From Candidatus Nanohaloarchaea archaeon (GTDB lineage Archaea; Nanohalarchaeota; Nanosalinia; Nanosalinales; Nanosalinaceae): DNA of 24,305 nucleotides. This document shows positions 1 through 7,626 of this stretch, piece after piece (within the stretch, counting starts at the first letter, position 1; the number at the start of each line of letters is the position of its first letter). The stretch lies in NCBI GenBank assembly GCA_046539225.1, contig JBKHHG010000008.1:1-24305 (forward strand), read 5' to 3'. A program made the position numbers and the translations under genes. The notes below the pieces were generated by a model. It was not told the origin of the DNA and ran no database searches. It saw nothing but the letters and a program-made list of their open reading frames with translations.

Positions 1-2
1 CC

Positions 3-683
3 GCTATCAACGCCTACAACCACATGAATAAACAGATACGGAAGATAAAAGACGTTGCTGAAGAGGGAGACGTTGATCTTCGTCAGGCCTCGAAACACTT
101 CTTTGATGGAGAAAAACTTGGAGGAGATAATGAAGAGGAAGCATCCCGAGGCTCTAAATCTGATTCAGAACCCGAAGAAGGCCTCGAAGCCCGTTTAAAG
201 AGAAAGATCGACAGGCTGGAAGATCGGTTAGAAAACCTTGAATCAGAGAACACAGAACTTGAAGCCGAAACCGAAAAGCTTGAGCAGAAACTGGTGAACG
301 AAAGAGAAAAGGACCGCAAAGAAGCCCTGAAAGATGAAGAGGTCAGGAAACGCGAAGGAATAATCAAGGATAAAACCTCTGAAATCTCCCGGCTCGAGGA
401 AAAAGTTGAAGACCTCAGCACAGCCCTGAAAGCCTATAGACAGGCCTTGAAAAAGATTTTTGGCGGCGGAGAGCTTGTTCCAATAGTCGACGAATTAGAT
501 GAGGTAGAAGAGAAAGCAGTTTTCAGGTCGGAAGAATCTCTGGAAAAAGTTGAACTCGATGAAGTAAAGCTCCGGCATGTGGAAGAGATAAAAGGCCTCG
601 AGCTCAAAGACTTTGTAGTCGTGGAAGAGTTCCCCGAGAAAAGCTTTGAAAAAGTTATAGAGGAGTACAGGGAGTCAAGATGA
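3..683 (+). CDS. DUF460-like coiled-coil protein, C-terminal part (5' end outside window)
   Basis: The frame is open from the window edge (AINAYNHMNKQIRKI...), so the ATG at 24 is probably internal. AINAY resembles the DALAAAxxAY segment of DUF460/COG2433 and is followed by a long acidic coiled coil. Family recognised from memory. Confidence 0.6.
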   Translation, partial: AINAYNHMNKQIRKIKDVAEEGDVDLRQASKHFFDGEKLGGDNEEEASRGSKSDSEPEEGLEARLKRKIDRLEDRLENLESENTELEAETEKLEQKLVNEREKDRKEALKDEEVRKREGIIKDKTSEISRLEEKVEDLSTALKAYRQALKKIFGGGELVPIVDELDEVEEKAVFRSEESLEKVELDEVKLRHVEEIKGLELKDFVVVEEFPEKSFEKVIEEYRESR

Positions 684-1225
684 CAGAGCTTCACGAAAAA
701 ATTCACAGGACTTCTATCTTTGTCGCAAAGCTGCTGTTCGCCGGCATTGTCTTCAGGCTGATGCTTCTCGTAATGCCTTCCACGTACCAACTGCAGTCGG
801 CCTTCGCTGAACTAATCTCCTTCCTGATGAACATAGCAGGAATAGAGGCCTTTACAACCGGGACAAGAATCTTCACCGAGAAATCCGTCTACCTGATAGT
901 CCAGGACTGCCTCGGCTGGAAATCCATCGCACTCTTCATAGGTTTGATATACGCCTCGACAAAAAGAACACTCGAACACTTAAACTACGTAATCGCTGCA
1001 ACAGCCGTTTTAATGGTAGCAAACATTGCAAGAGTATTCACAACTGTCTACCTTGCAGAATCAGGCCTTATAAGCTTCCAGGTAATTCATGGAGTGCTCT
1101 GGCGCTGGAGCCTCACTATTGTGGTGCTCGTGCTCTGGCTTTACTGGTTTAAAAACAGGAGAAACGATTTAAAGTTCGAATCAAGGATACAGGAACAGCT
1201 CGACAGGTTAAATCAGACTGAGTAA
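680..1225 (+). CDS. Exosortase/archaeosortase family membrane transpeptidase
   Basis: Several TM helices with the family Cys-Arg-His pattern: YLIVQDCLGWKS, ANIARV, VIHGVLW. ATGA overlap with the upstream gene. Confidence 0.8.
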   Translation: MTELHEKIHRTSIFVAKLLFAGIVFRLMLLVMPSTYQLQSAFAELISFLMNIAGIEAFTTGTRIFTEKSVYLIVQDCLGWKSIALFIGLIYASTKRTLEHLNYVIAATAVLMVANIARVFTTVYLAESGLISFQVIHGVLWRWSLTIVVLVLWLYWFKNRRNDLKFESRIQEQLDRLNQTE

Positions 1226-2151
1226 ATCAGAAACCTCAGTACTGAAACGCCGTAGATTGTTAAGGCCAGGGCAACAGGGAACACCGGCATGAAACGGATT
1301 CCGTCCTTGACCTCGACTTTTTCAACCTCTGAGTTTCTTAAAGTTTCAAGGCCTTCCTCTGTAAGGCCTACAATCTCCGAGTAACCATACTTGTCGTTCA
1401 AAAACTCGATGAAGGCCTTTACTCTGCTTTCAGGCAAAGTTTCAGATATTCTTGAAAATGTCTTTCCCAGGATATTAGGCTTTTTCCAGGTCTTCAGGTC
1501 GACTCCTTCAAAACTGACAACGTCTCCGATCTCCAGTTCTTCGATACTGATCTCTTCGGTCATTACTTCTTCCTCAACCGACTGGAAGAAGAAGTAGACG
1601 AAAACCATGAATTCGTAGAAACTGAGGAATATCCATCCCGTGTTTCCATTCATAGCTATGGGGAAGAAGAATCCTATGCCGACTAAAAAACCTGCAATAA
1701 GTTTGTTCTGACCTAATTTTTCTTTGAATGATTTTCTTGTTTTCTGGTCTTTCAGTCCTTTTACAGCTCCGAATAAAAGAGCGTAGACAAATGCTACAGC
1801 CATCATGTTTATGAATAAATCTATTACACCGAGTATGCCGTTCATCTGTATCAGGAAGTAGGTTGATGAAAACCCGAGGACGGATATGCCAAGCATGTCG
1901 GCTCCGCCCCACATATCCATTATGTAGCTTATGAATCCGTAGGCTGTGAACACTGAACCGACTAAAATGCTTGTGTAGAAGGCTTCAGGGTTTTTTACAA
2001 TAATTGAGTGTGTTAGATGCAGTATTAGGCCTGATGCTATCCCGAAAAGCAGTATTGATGCGGGTACATCTCCTTTCTCGCTCTTCAGGTCGTATACTGA
2101 GGCTATTCCAAGCGAGATAAACCCGAGAAACGCTGAGGCTTCTATGAGCAT
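1213..2151 (-). CDS. A24-family prepilin/prearchaellin peptidase (FlaK/PibD-like)
   Basis: Polytopic membrane protein with both catalytic Asp motifs (SVYDLK; WGGADML, GxGD-type) and a C-terminal IRFMPVFP motif typical of archaeal A24 peptidases. Confidence 0.85.
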   Translation of the reverse strand: MLIEASAFLGFISLGIASVYDLKSEKGDVPASILLFGIASGLILHLTHSIIVKNPEAFYTSILVGSVFTAYGFISYIMDMWGGADMLGISVLGFSSTYFLIQMNGILGVIDLFINMMAVAFVYALLFGAVKGLKDQKTRKSFKEKLGQNKLIAGFLVGIGFFFPIAMNGNTGWIFLSFYEFMVFVYFFFQSVEEEVMTEEISIEELEIGDVVSFEGVDLKTWKKPNILGKTFSRISETLPESRVKAFIEFLNDKYGYSEIVGLTEEGLETLRNSEVEKVEVKDGIRFMPVFPVALALTIYGVSVLRFLIYSV

Positions 2152-2158
2152 AACAGTC

Positions 2159-2182
2159 TTTAAATCCGGGACAAGTTAAAAC
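2159..2182. promoter_or_regulatory. Overlapping divergent TATA-like boxes between the peptidase and the pilus ATPase unit
   Basis: TTTAAAT at 2159-2165 on the + strand. TTTTAAC on the - strand at about 2175-2181, roughly 25-30 nt before the peptidase ATG (2151). The spacer is only 44 bp. Confidence 0.5.
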
Positions 2183-2195
2183 AATACTGTTGGTC

Positions 2196-3218
2196 ATGGC
2201 AGACGACTGGGAGAACCTTGTGATAGAGACCGGTGTTGACAGCCTTCTGAACTATCTTGCCGAGAACAAGAAGGCCTCGTGCAGTACTATAAGCAGCGAG
2301 ATCGGGGTGGATGAGTCGCGTGTCCGTAACTGGGCGGATGCACTTGCTGATGAAAACCTGATTGAGAAGCATCATACACTGACTTCAGGCCTTGTCCTTG
2401 AGTTCACGGAGCAGAATATTGAGGAGTCTGAAAAGAAGAAGGAGGAGATTGAGGAGGATCTGGATGTTCAGACCGAGGAGCTTCGGAAGAAACTGGATGA
2501 GAAGTCTAATCTTGTGAGGGAGAAACGCGAGGAGCTTCTGCAGAGGAAGGATAAACTGAGTGAAGAGGAGAGAGAGGAAATCGTAAATGATACGGTTACA
2601 AGGCTTGAAGAGCTGGAGAACCGGATTGATGAACAGCTCCGGGTGAAAGGCCTCGACCATCAGACACTGAAACTTGTTAATGAAATTGAGAGGGTTCTGC
2701 ATGAAGTCGAACAGTTGATCAGGAAACAGCTGGATGAGGAGCAGGACAGGAAGCTGAACCAGAAAACTGGAGAGGTAATCCATGAAGTAGAGAAAGTGCT
2801 TGAAAAGGCCGAGAAAGAAGGAGAGCTTTCTGAAGAAGAGCAGGATATAAGGATGAAGATCAAAGCTGTGGAGAAGCTTGAGGATAACATTAGGAAAGCC
2901 AGGCGAAATCGTGATGAAGAAAGCAAAGGCCTGAAATCCCGTTTAAAATCTCTTATTCCTGTTTCGAAGAAGCATTCGGGATCTGAAAAAGATGTGGTGG
3001 AGAGGAGGATTGCAGAAGATGAAAAGATCAAGAAGTCAGAGGTCCCAGAGGAGACCTACCAGGAGCTTGTCGACACCAACAGAGTGACAGAGGTCATGAG
3101 GAAGATCTCGCTGCTGAAAAACCCTGACTACGAGGCCTTGCTCCGGGCCGAGTCCAGCAACCGTGACAGGCCTGATCTCGTCGATTACCTTGAGGAGCGG
3201 ATAGAAGATGGCAGATGA
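2196..3218 (+). CDS. Hypothetical protein: N-terminal winged-HTH-like segment, long acidic coiled coil, small C-terminal helical motif; probably pilus-associated
   Basis: IETGVDSLLNYLAENKKASCSTISSEIGVDESRVRNWADALADENLI has HTH-like spacing. The middle is heptad-rich. The stop overlaps the ATPase start. ATG at 2196 preferred over TTG at 2190. Confidence 0.75.
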   Translation: MADDWENLVIETGVDSLLNYLAENKKASCSTISSEIGVDESRVRNWADALADENLIEKHHTLTSGLVLEFTEQNIEESEKKKEEIEEDLDVQTEELRKKLDEKSNLVREKREELLQRKDKLSEEEREEIVNDTVTRLEELENRIDEQLRVKGLDHQTLKLVNEIERVLHEVEQLIRKQLDEEQDRKLNQKTGEVIHEVEKVLEKAEKEGELSEEEQDIRMKIKAVEKLEDNIRKARRNRDEESKGLKSRLKSLIPVSKKHSGSEKDVVERRIAEDEKIKKSEVPEETYQELVDTNRVTEVMRKISLLKNPDYEALLRAESSNRDRPDLVDYLEERIEDGR

Positions 3219-4965
3219 AGACTCTATAGTTGAGAAGAAGAGGAAAGAGTTTTTGAACGAGACTGAAGGCCTCAGTCAGGATCTTGAGGGTCAGGATGAT
3301 CGGGGAGAAGGTGAAGAAGACGGTAAGGATCGAGAAAGTATAGATGATATAGATCTTGAACCGCCTCAGATAGATGCTCTCGAGGAGATCGATCCCGAGG
3401 AGCTTGAAGAGGAGTACTCTGAGAATGAGGACGAGTTCTTCAGTCATATAGAGGAGGATTACAAGGTTCAGGCGGATGAGGTGCCGGCAAAGATCACGAT
3501 CGGGGACAAGAAAGGAGAGTACGTGAAGGTGTACAAGCTTGACAGGCCTCAGGTCAGCGGTGGAACAGAGGCCTTCATCCAGAATCTCAGGGCTCAGGCT
3601 GTAAGATCCGTCAAGCTTTCGCGAGACGAGTTCACGGATTCTGATGAGGTTGAAAAAGTCAAGCAGAAGTTCCGGGAGGCTGTCAAGGCCCAGCTGGACC
3701 AGATGATCCCTGAAGCCGATGAAACCGCGAGAAAAATACTTGTAGGAAACCTTATCCACCAGATGGTAGGCCTCGGCGACCTTGAAATACTTCTGCAGGA
3801 TCCTGATCTTGAGGAGCTTGTTGTCAACTCTGCAGACGAACCTACATGGGTGTACCACAAGGAATACGGCTGGCTGAAGACCAATATCACTTTTAAGGAC
3901 GAAGAGGAGATCTACAACTATTCCTCGGAGATCGCTCGACGTGTCGGTAAAAATATTACAAGCCTGGATCCTCTGCTCGATGCTCATCTTCCTACAGGCG
4001 ACCGTACAAACGCAACTCTGAATCCTATCTCCACTCACGGCAATACTATCACTATCAGGAAGTTCGCCCGTGATCCATGGACTATAACAGATTTCATACA
4101 GAACGAGACGATTACAAAAGAGGTTGCTGCCTTTCTCTGGCTCTGCCTCCAGTACGAGCTGAGTGTTATTGTTTCGGGAGGTACAGGTTCGGGAAAGACT
4201 TCGCTTTTGAACGTTTTGATGCCTTTTATGCCTCCGAATCAGAGGATTCTCTCGATCGAGGACACGCGTGAGGTCCAGCTGCCGGGGTTCCTTCACTGGG
4301 TGCCTTTAACGACCAGGGAGGCAAATCCAGAGGGAGAAGGCGAAATCTCAATGCTTGATCTGCTGGTTAACTCTCTGCGTATGAGGCCTGACCGTATACT
4401 GGTCGGAGAGATCCGTAAAAAGCGCCAGGCCGAAGTCCTTTTCGAGGCGATGCACACAGGCCACTCAGTTTACTCTACCCTGCACGCCGATACCGCTCAG
4501 CAGACGATCCAGAGGCTTTTGAATCCTCCTATCGATGTGGCCGAGCAGATGGTTCAGTCCGTAGATGTAAACGTTGTGATGTTTAGGGACAGGCGTAGAA
4601 ACTTCAGGCGTGTCTTCCAGGTTGCAGAAGTCGCGAAATCTGGTTACAAGAGGGGTAGTCAGGAGATGAGCCTCGGCGCGAACGTGATCTACGGCTGGGA
4701 CTCGGAAAACGACGAAATAGAAAAGAAGAGAGACTCGGACAACATTATGAATAAGCTGCAGATGCATACAGGTATGGACAGGGAGGAGATATTTGAAAAC
4801 ATCTCCGACAAGGAGAAAGTGCTTCAGTGGATGATCGACCGGGATGTAGAAGATGTGGATGAAGTAGGAAAGATAATCGCAGAGTACTACAACAACGAGG
4901 ATGATATTATCTCAATGGCGGAGAACAACGAGGATCCACAGGAAATCTTCGACCGCTACTCGTAA
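3208..4965 (+). CDS. Type II/IV secretion system ATPase (VirB11/CpaF/FlaI/PilB family)
   Basis: Walker A SGGTGSGKT, Asp box SIEDTREV, Walker B region LRMRPDRILVGEIR, His box TGHSVYSTLHA. Confidence 0.95.
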   Translation: MADEDSIVEKKRKEFLNETEGLSQDLEGQDDRGEGEEDGKDRESIDDIDLEPPQIDALEEIDPEELEEEYSENEDEFFSHIEEDYKVQADEVPAKITIGDKKGEYVKVYKLDRPQVSGGTEAFIQNLRAQAVRSVKLSRDEFTDSDEVEKVKQKFREAVKAQLDQMIPEADETARKILVGNLIHQMVGLGDLEILLQDPDLEELVVNSADEPTWVYHKEYGWLKTNITFKDEEEIYNYSSEIARRVGKNITSLDPLLDAHLPTGDRTNATLNPISTHGNTITIRKFARDPWTITDFIQNETITKEVAAFLWLCLQYELSVIVSGGTGSGKTSLLNVLMPFMPPNQRILSIEDTREVQLPGFLHWVPLTTREANPEGEGEISMLDLLVNSLRMRPDRILVGEIRKKRQAEVLFEAMHTGHSVYSTLHADTAQQTIQRLLNPPIDVAEQMVQSVDVNVVMFRDRRRNFRRVFQVAEVAKSGYKRGSQEMSLGANVIYGWDSENDEIEKKRDSDNIMNKLQMHTGMDREEIFENISDKEKVLQWMIDRDVEDVDEVGKIIAEYYNNEDDIISMAENNEDPQEIFDRYS

Positions 4966-4969
4966 ACCG

Positions 4970-4977
4970 TTTTAAAA
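4970..4977 (+). promoter_or_regulatory. TATA box for rpl18a-pfdA-ftsY
   Basis: AAACCG-TTTTAAAA begins 29 nt before ATG 4999, consistent with BRE/TATA and a leaderless start. Confidence 0.6.
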
Positions 4978-4998
4978 ATTGCTGCGGCTTAGGCTTTT

Positions 4999-5163
4999 AT
5001 GGAAGAATACAGCTTTTCTGGAAAAATCAGGATGGGCAACCAATGGCAAAAATTCGAGAGAACCGTAGAAGCAGAGTCAGAGAAACACGCAGAGCAGAAA
5101 CTGCTTTCAGAACTTGGCAGCGAACACGGAGTAGCCCGCGGAAACATCAAACTGAGTGAATAA
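4999..5163 (+). CDS. rpl18a: 50S ribosomal protein L18Ae/LX (eL20); absent from the ORF track
   Basis: Hand translation gives MEEYSFSGKIRMGNQWQKFERTVEAESEKHAEQKLLSELGSEHGVARGNIKLSE (54 aa), with the eL20 A-E-x-x-x-S-x-x-G-S-x-H signature. It lies in the conserved position upstream of pfdA-ftsY. Confidence 0.9.
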   Translation: MEEYSFSGKIRMGNQWQKFERTVEAESEKHAEQKLLSELGSEHGVARGNIKLSE

Positions 5164-5164
5164 C

Positions 5165-5548
5165 ATGGTAGAACAGATGCAACAGTTACAGCAGCTTCAG
5201 CAACAGTCACAGCAGATAGAAGAATACCTTGAACAGGTGGAACAGACCCGTATACAGATAACAGAATCGAAACAGGCCGTACTCGACCTTGAAGAAGTAG
5301 ATGAAGGAGATGAAATCCTTGCAAGGGTTGGAGCAGGGGCATACGTGAAAGCGGAGGTCAAGGACACCGGAAAAGTCGTCAGCAACATCGGCGGAGACGT
5401 ATTCGAAGAAAGGTCAAACGAAGGCGCTGCAAACGTGCTTGAAAAACAGCTGACGCTTCTACAGGATACCCAGGAAGAGCTCCAGGACCAGATGAAGGAG
5501 ATACAGCAGCAGATGCAGCAAATCCAGCAACAGATGCAGCAAGAATAG
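5165..5548 (+). CDS. pfdA: Prefoldin subunit alpha
   Basis: Gln-rich terminal coiled coils around the beta-hairpin segment EILARVGAGAYVKAEVKDTGKVVSNIGGDVFEE. Conserved rpl18a-pfdA-ftsY order. ATG at 5165 lies 1 nt after the rpl18a stop. Confidence 0.92.
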   Translation: MVEQMQQLQQLQQQSQQIEEYLEQVEQTRIQITESKQAVLDLEEVDEGDEILARVGAGAYVKAEVKDTGKVVSNIGGDVFEERSNEGAANVLEKQLTLLQDTQEELQDQMKEIQQQMQQIQQQMQQE

Positions 5549-5552
5549 GCCT

Positions 5553-6440
5553 ATGTTCAAAAAGTTCAAGGACACTGTCAAAGACCTTTCATCCGACGTA
5601 AAAGAGTCTGTAACGGAGAAAGAGATAGATGAAGACGATATAAGGCCTTTACTGGAAAAGTTCAGGCTTAAACTTCTTGAAAACAACGTCTCCTACGAGG
5701 CAGCGGAAGGAATAGAGAAAGCCGTTGAACAGAAACTCTTGAGCGAAAAAGCAGGTAGATTTTCAGTCGAAGAGAAGGTTAAAAAAGCAATCAGTGAAGA
5801 ACTTGAAGAAACCATTAACGACGAATACAGCTTTCTTGAAAAAGTTGAGGGCCTTGAAAATCCTTCAGTCTTCTTTGTAGGATTCAACGGCTCCGGAAAG
5901 ACCACTACCCTGGCTAAAATATCTCGATACCTTGAAGAAAATGGTCACGACTCTGTGTTAGGCGCTGGCGATACTTTCAGGGCCGCCTCAATGGAACAGC
6001 TGGAGGAGCACGGCGAAAAACTGGGTAAGAAAGTAGTGAAGCATGAATACAAATCAGATCCTGCTGCCGTGGCGTATGACGCGATTGAACACGCGGAAAA
6101 CCAGGGAAAAGTCGCATTGATCGATACAGCGGGGCGTTCACACTCTGACAGGAACCTGATGAAAGAATTAGAGAAGATGATGGATGTCAACGAACCGGAT
6201 ATAACTTTTCTGGTGGTTGATGCCTTAAGCGGAAACGATGTCACAGAACAGATTGAGGCCTACCAGGGAATGTTCGACGCTGTAATCGTTTCAAAAATGG
6301 ATATCGATGATAAAGGCGGCACAGTCATCTCAGTCAGTTACAAGACGGATAGGCCTGTAGTTTTCAAGGGGACGGGCCAGGAATACGACGATCTTGAAGT
6401 ATTCGATAAAAAAGAGTTCGTGAAAGAAATTTTAGAATAG
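5553..6440 (+). CDS. ftsY: SRP receptor FtsY (NG domain only)
   Basis: GFNGSGKTTT, GDTFRAAS, DPAAVAYDA, IDTAGR, SKMD and GTGQ motifs of SRP GTPases; no M domain. Confidence 0.96.
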   Translation: MFKKFKDTVKDLSSDVKESVTEKEIDEDDIRPLLEKFRLKLLENNVSYEAAEGIEKAVEQKLLSEKAGRFSVEEKVKKAISEELEETINDEYSFLEKVEGLENPSVFFVGFNGSGKTTTLAKISRYLEENGHDSVLGAGDTFRAASMEQLEEHGEKLGKKVVKHEYKSDPAAVAYDAIEHAENQGKVALIDTAGRSHSDRNLMKELEKMMDVNEPDITFLVVDALSGNDVTEQIEAYQGMFDAVIVSKMDIDDKGGTVISVSYKTDRPVVFKGTGQEYDDLEVFDKKEFVKEILE

Positions 6441-6671
6441 TCCTTCGTGTTCCTCGGAATTTTGAATCTCTATATAGTCTTTTTCTGCTTTGTACTGAGC
6501 CATAACTTTTTCACTGGTCTTTCCCGTTCCGTGTTCTATCATTTTTATAGAGCTTCTTAGTCGTGGTCCAGCTCTGTAATCATTTTCTTCTGTTAGGAGT
6601 TCCATTTCATCAAGGTAGTGATCCATATAACTCTCTTCCTCTTCACTCCAGAAATTGCTTATATCATTCAA
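6432..6671 (-). CDS. Small acidic hypothetical protein (start uncertain)
   Basis: 79-aa ORF from TTG with acidic composition. The frame stays open about 24 codons further upstream without an ATG. Confidence 0.45.
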   Translation of the reverse strand: MNDISNFWSEEEESYMDHYLDEMELLTEENDYRAGPRLRSSIKMIEHGTGKTSEKVMAQYKAEKDYIEIQNSEEHEGLF

Positions 6672-6747
6672 AACGTTAAAATCAGTATCTAAACCGTCCT
6701 CTACTGTATCAAGTAGTGTAGAAACGAGTTCCTTTATAGCTAATCAC

Positions 6748-7089
6748 TTAGCTGAAGGCCTTCTGTTCATCGAGGCGTTTCTGCATGGATTTCTCGAGTT
6801 CGCGGAGCTTTGATTTCAGCGGCTGGACGTCTTCTTCAAAGTCATCCATCTTTACCTGTCCGCCGTCGCTTCTCTCCTGGATCCGTTCCTTTCTCATGGT
6901 TGAGAGCAGGTGGTTGACTTCGGCGACAAGCTGTTCGTACTCCTTTAACTGGGCCTCTATATACGATATTTCCTGGCCGAGGTCCTGCCGTAGTTCTTCA
7001 GTTACTTCTTCTTTTAGCTCGTCTTTTAGCTGTTCCTTCTCGACCCCGAAAGTCTTTCTCACTGTGCTGTAAAACTTTTCCATTCCCAT
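6748..7089 (-). CDS. Hypothetical coiled-coil protein
   Basis: 113 aa with ATG start, acidic heptad pattern and host-like codon use. Confidence 0.75.
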   Translation of the reverse strand: MGMEKFYSTVRKTFGVEKEQLKDELKEEVTEELRQDLGQEISYIEAQLKEYEQLVAEVNHLLSTMRKERIQERSDGGQVKMDDFEEDVQPLKSKLRELEKSMQKRLDEQKAFS

Positions 7090-7128
7090 AAAACCACTCT
7101 GTATCTACTCAATCATCGTAAAATTCTT

Positions 7129-7626
7129 TTAAGTCTTTTGATTTAAGGCCTCGGGAATCTGAACCCCGAGATCCCTGCACTGATCCTGCTGGTAAAACCT
7201 TGCGGTTACAGCCCCGAGAACCGCGTCAAACTCTTCTGAACATGTGATCTCAGAAGTATCGATTCCATAGCTTTCAAGCGCCTGATCCCCGCCTATAGCG
7301 AGTTCGCGGCTTGTAATCATCTCGTCAAACCTGATCAACTCTACTTCAAGGCCTTTCTCGAAAAGAAGCTGTTTGAGATGGACAGCCCTCCGGTTCAGAT
7401 CCGTTTCGTTGGTGGAAGGCGAAAAACTGTAGCCCTCTTCCACAAGATCTTCCTCATCATCTGAAAGGCCTTCAACAGGTTTAAAGGAAGCATTTACCGC
7501 CAGAACCTCTACATCTTCAAGCTCTTCGGCGATATCCTCGTTGGTCTCCACTTCGATTATCTCAAGTCCATCTCCGAGCTTCGCCAGAAAGGACTTTCCC
7601 GTTGTAAGGTTGACGCCTGCGATCAT
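7129..7626 (-). CDS. DUF429-like (predicted RNase H-fold nuclease) protein, apparently degenerate
   Basis: MIAGVNL, VLAVNAS and EEFDAVLGAVTARFY match by eye the DUF429 pattern GxDL, xIDAP, DALxAAxxA, with Asn at two Asp positions. Confidence 0.6.
   Translation of the reverse strand: MIAGVNLTTGKSFLAKLGDGLEIIEVETNEDIAEELEDVEVLAVNASFKPVEGLSDDEEDLVEEGYSFSPSTNETDLNRRAVHLKQLLFEKGLEVELIRFDEMITSRELAIGGDQALESYGIDTSEITCSEEFDAVLGAVTARFYQQDQCRDLGVQIPEALNQKT

Noticed and set aside
3094..4296. 400-aa minus-strand ORF, and other long antisense ORFs (13489-14196, 23279-23848, 22757-23254)
   Set aside because: They lie antisense to well-supported genes, have Ser/Phe/Leu-rich shadow composition and lack the acidic signature of the real proteins.
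4390..5546. Gap of about 1.15 kb without AGGCCT (also 18316-19256)
   Set aside because: With a mean spacing of about 220 bp and about 110 intervals, one gap of this size is expected by chance.
5165..5548. CAG/CAA-rich stretches resembling a tandem repeat
   Set aside because: They encode the Gln-rich coiled coils of prefoldin alpha.
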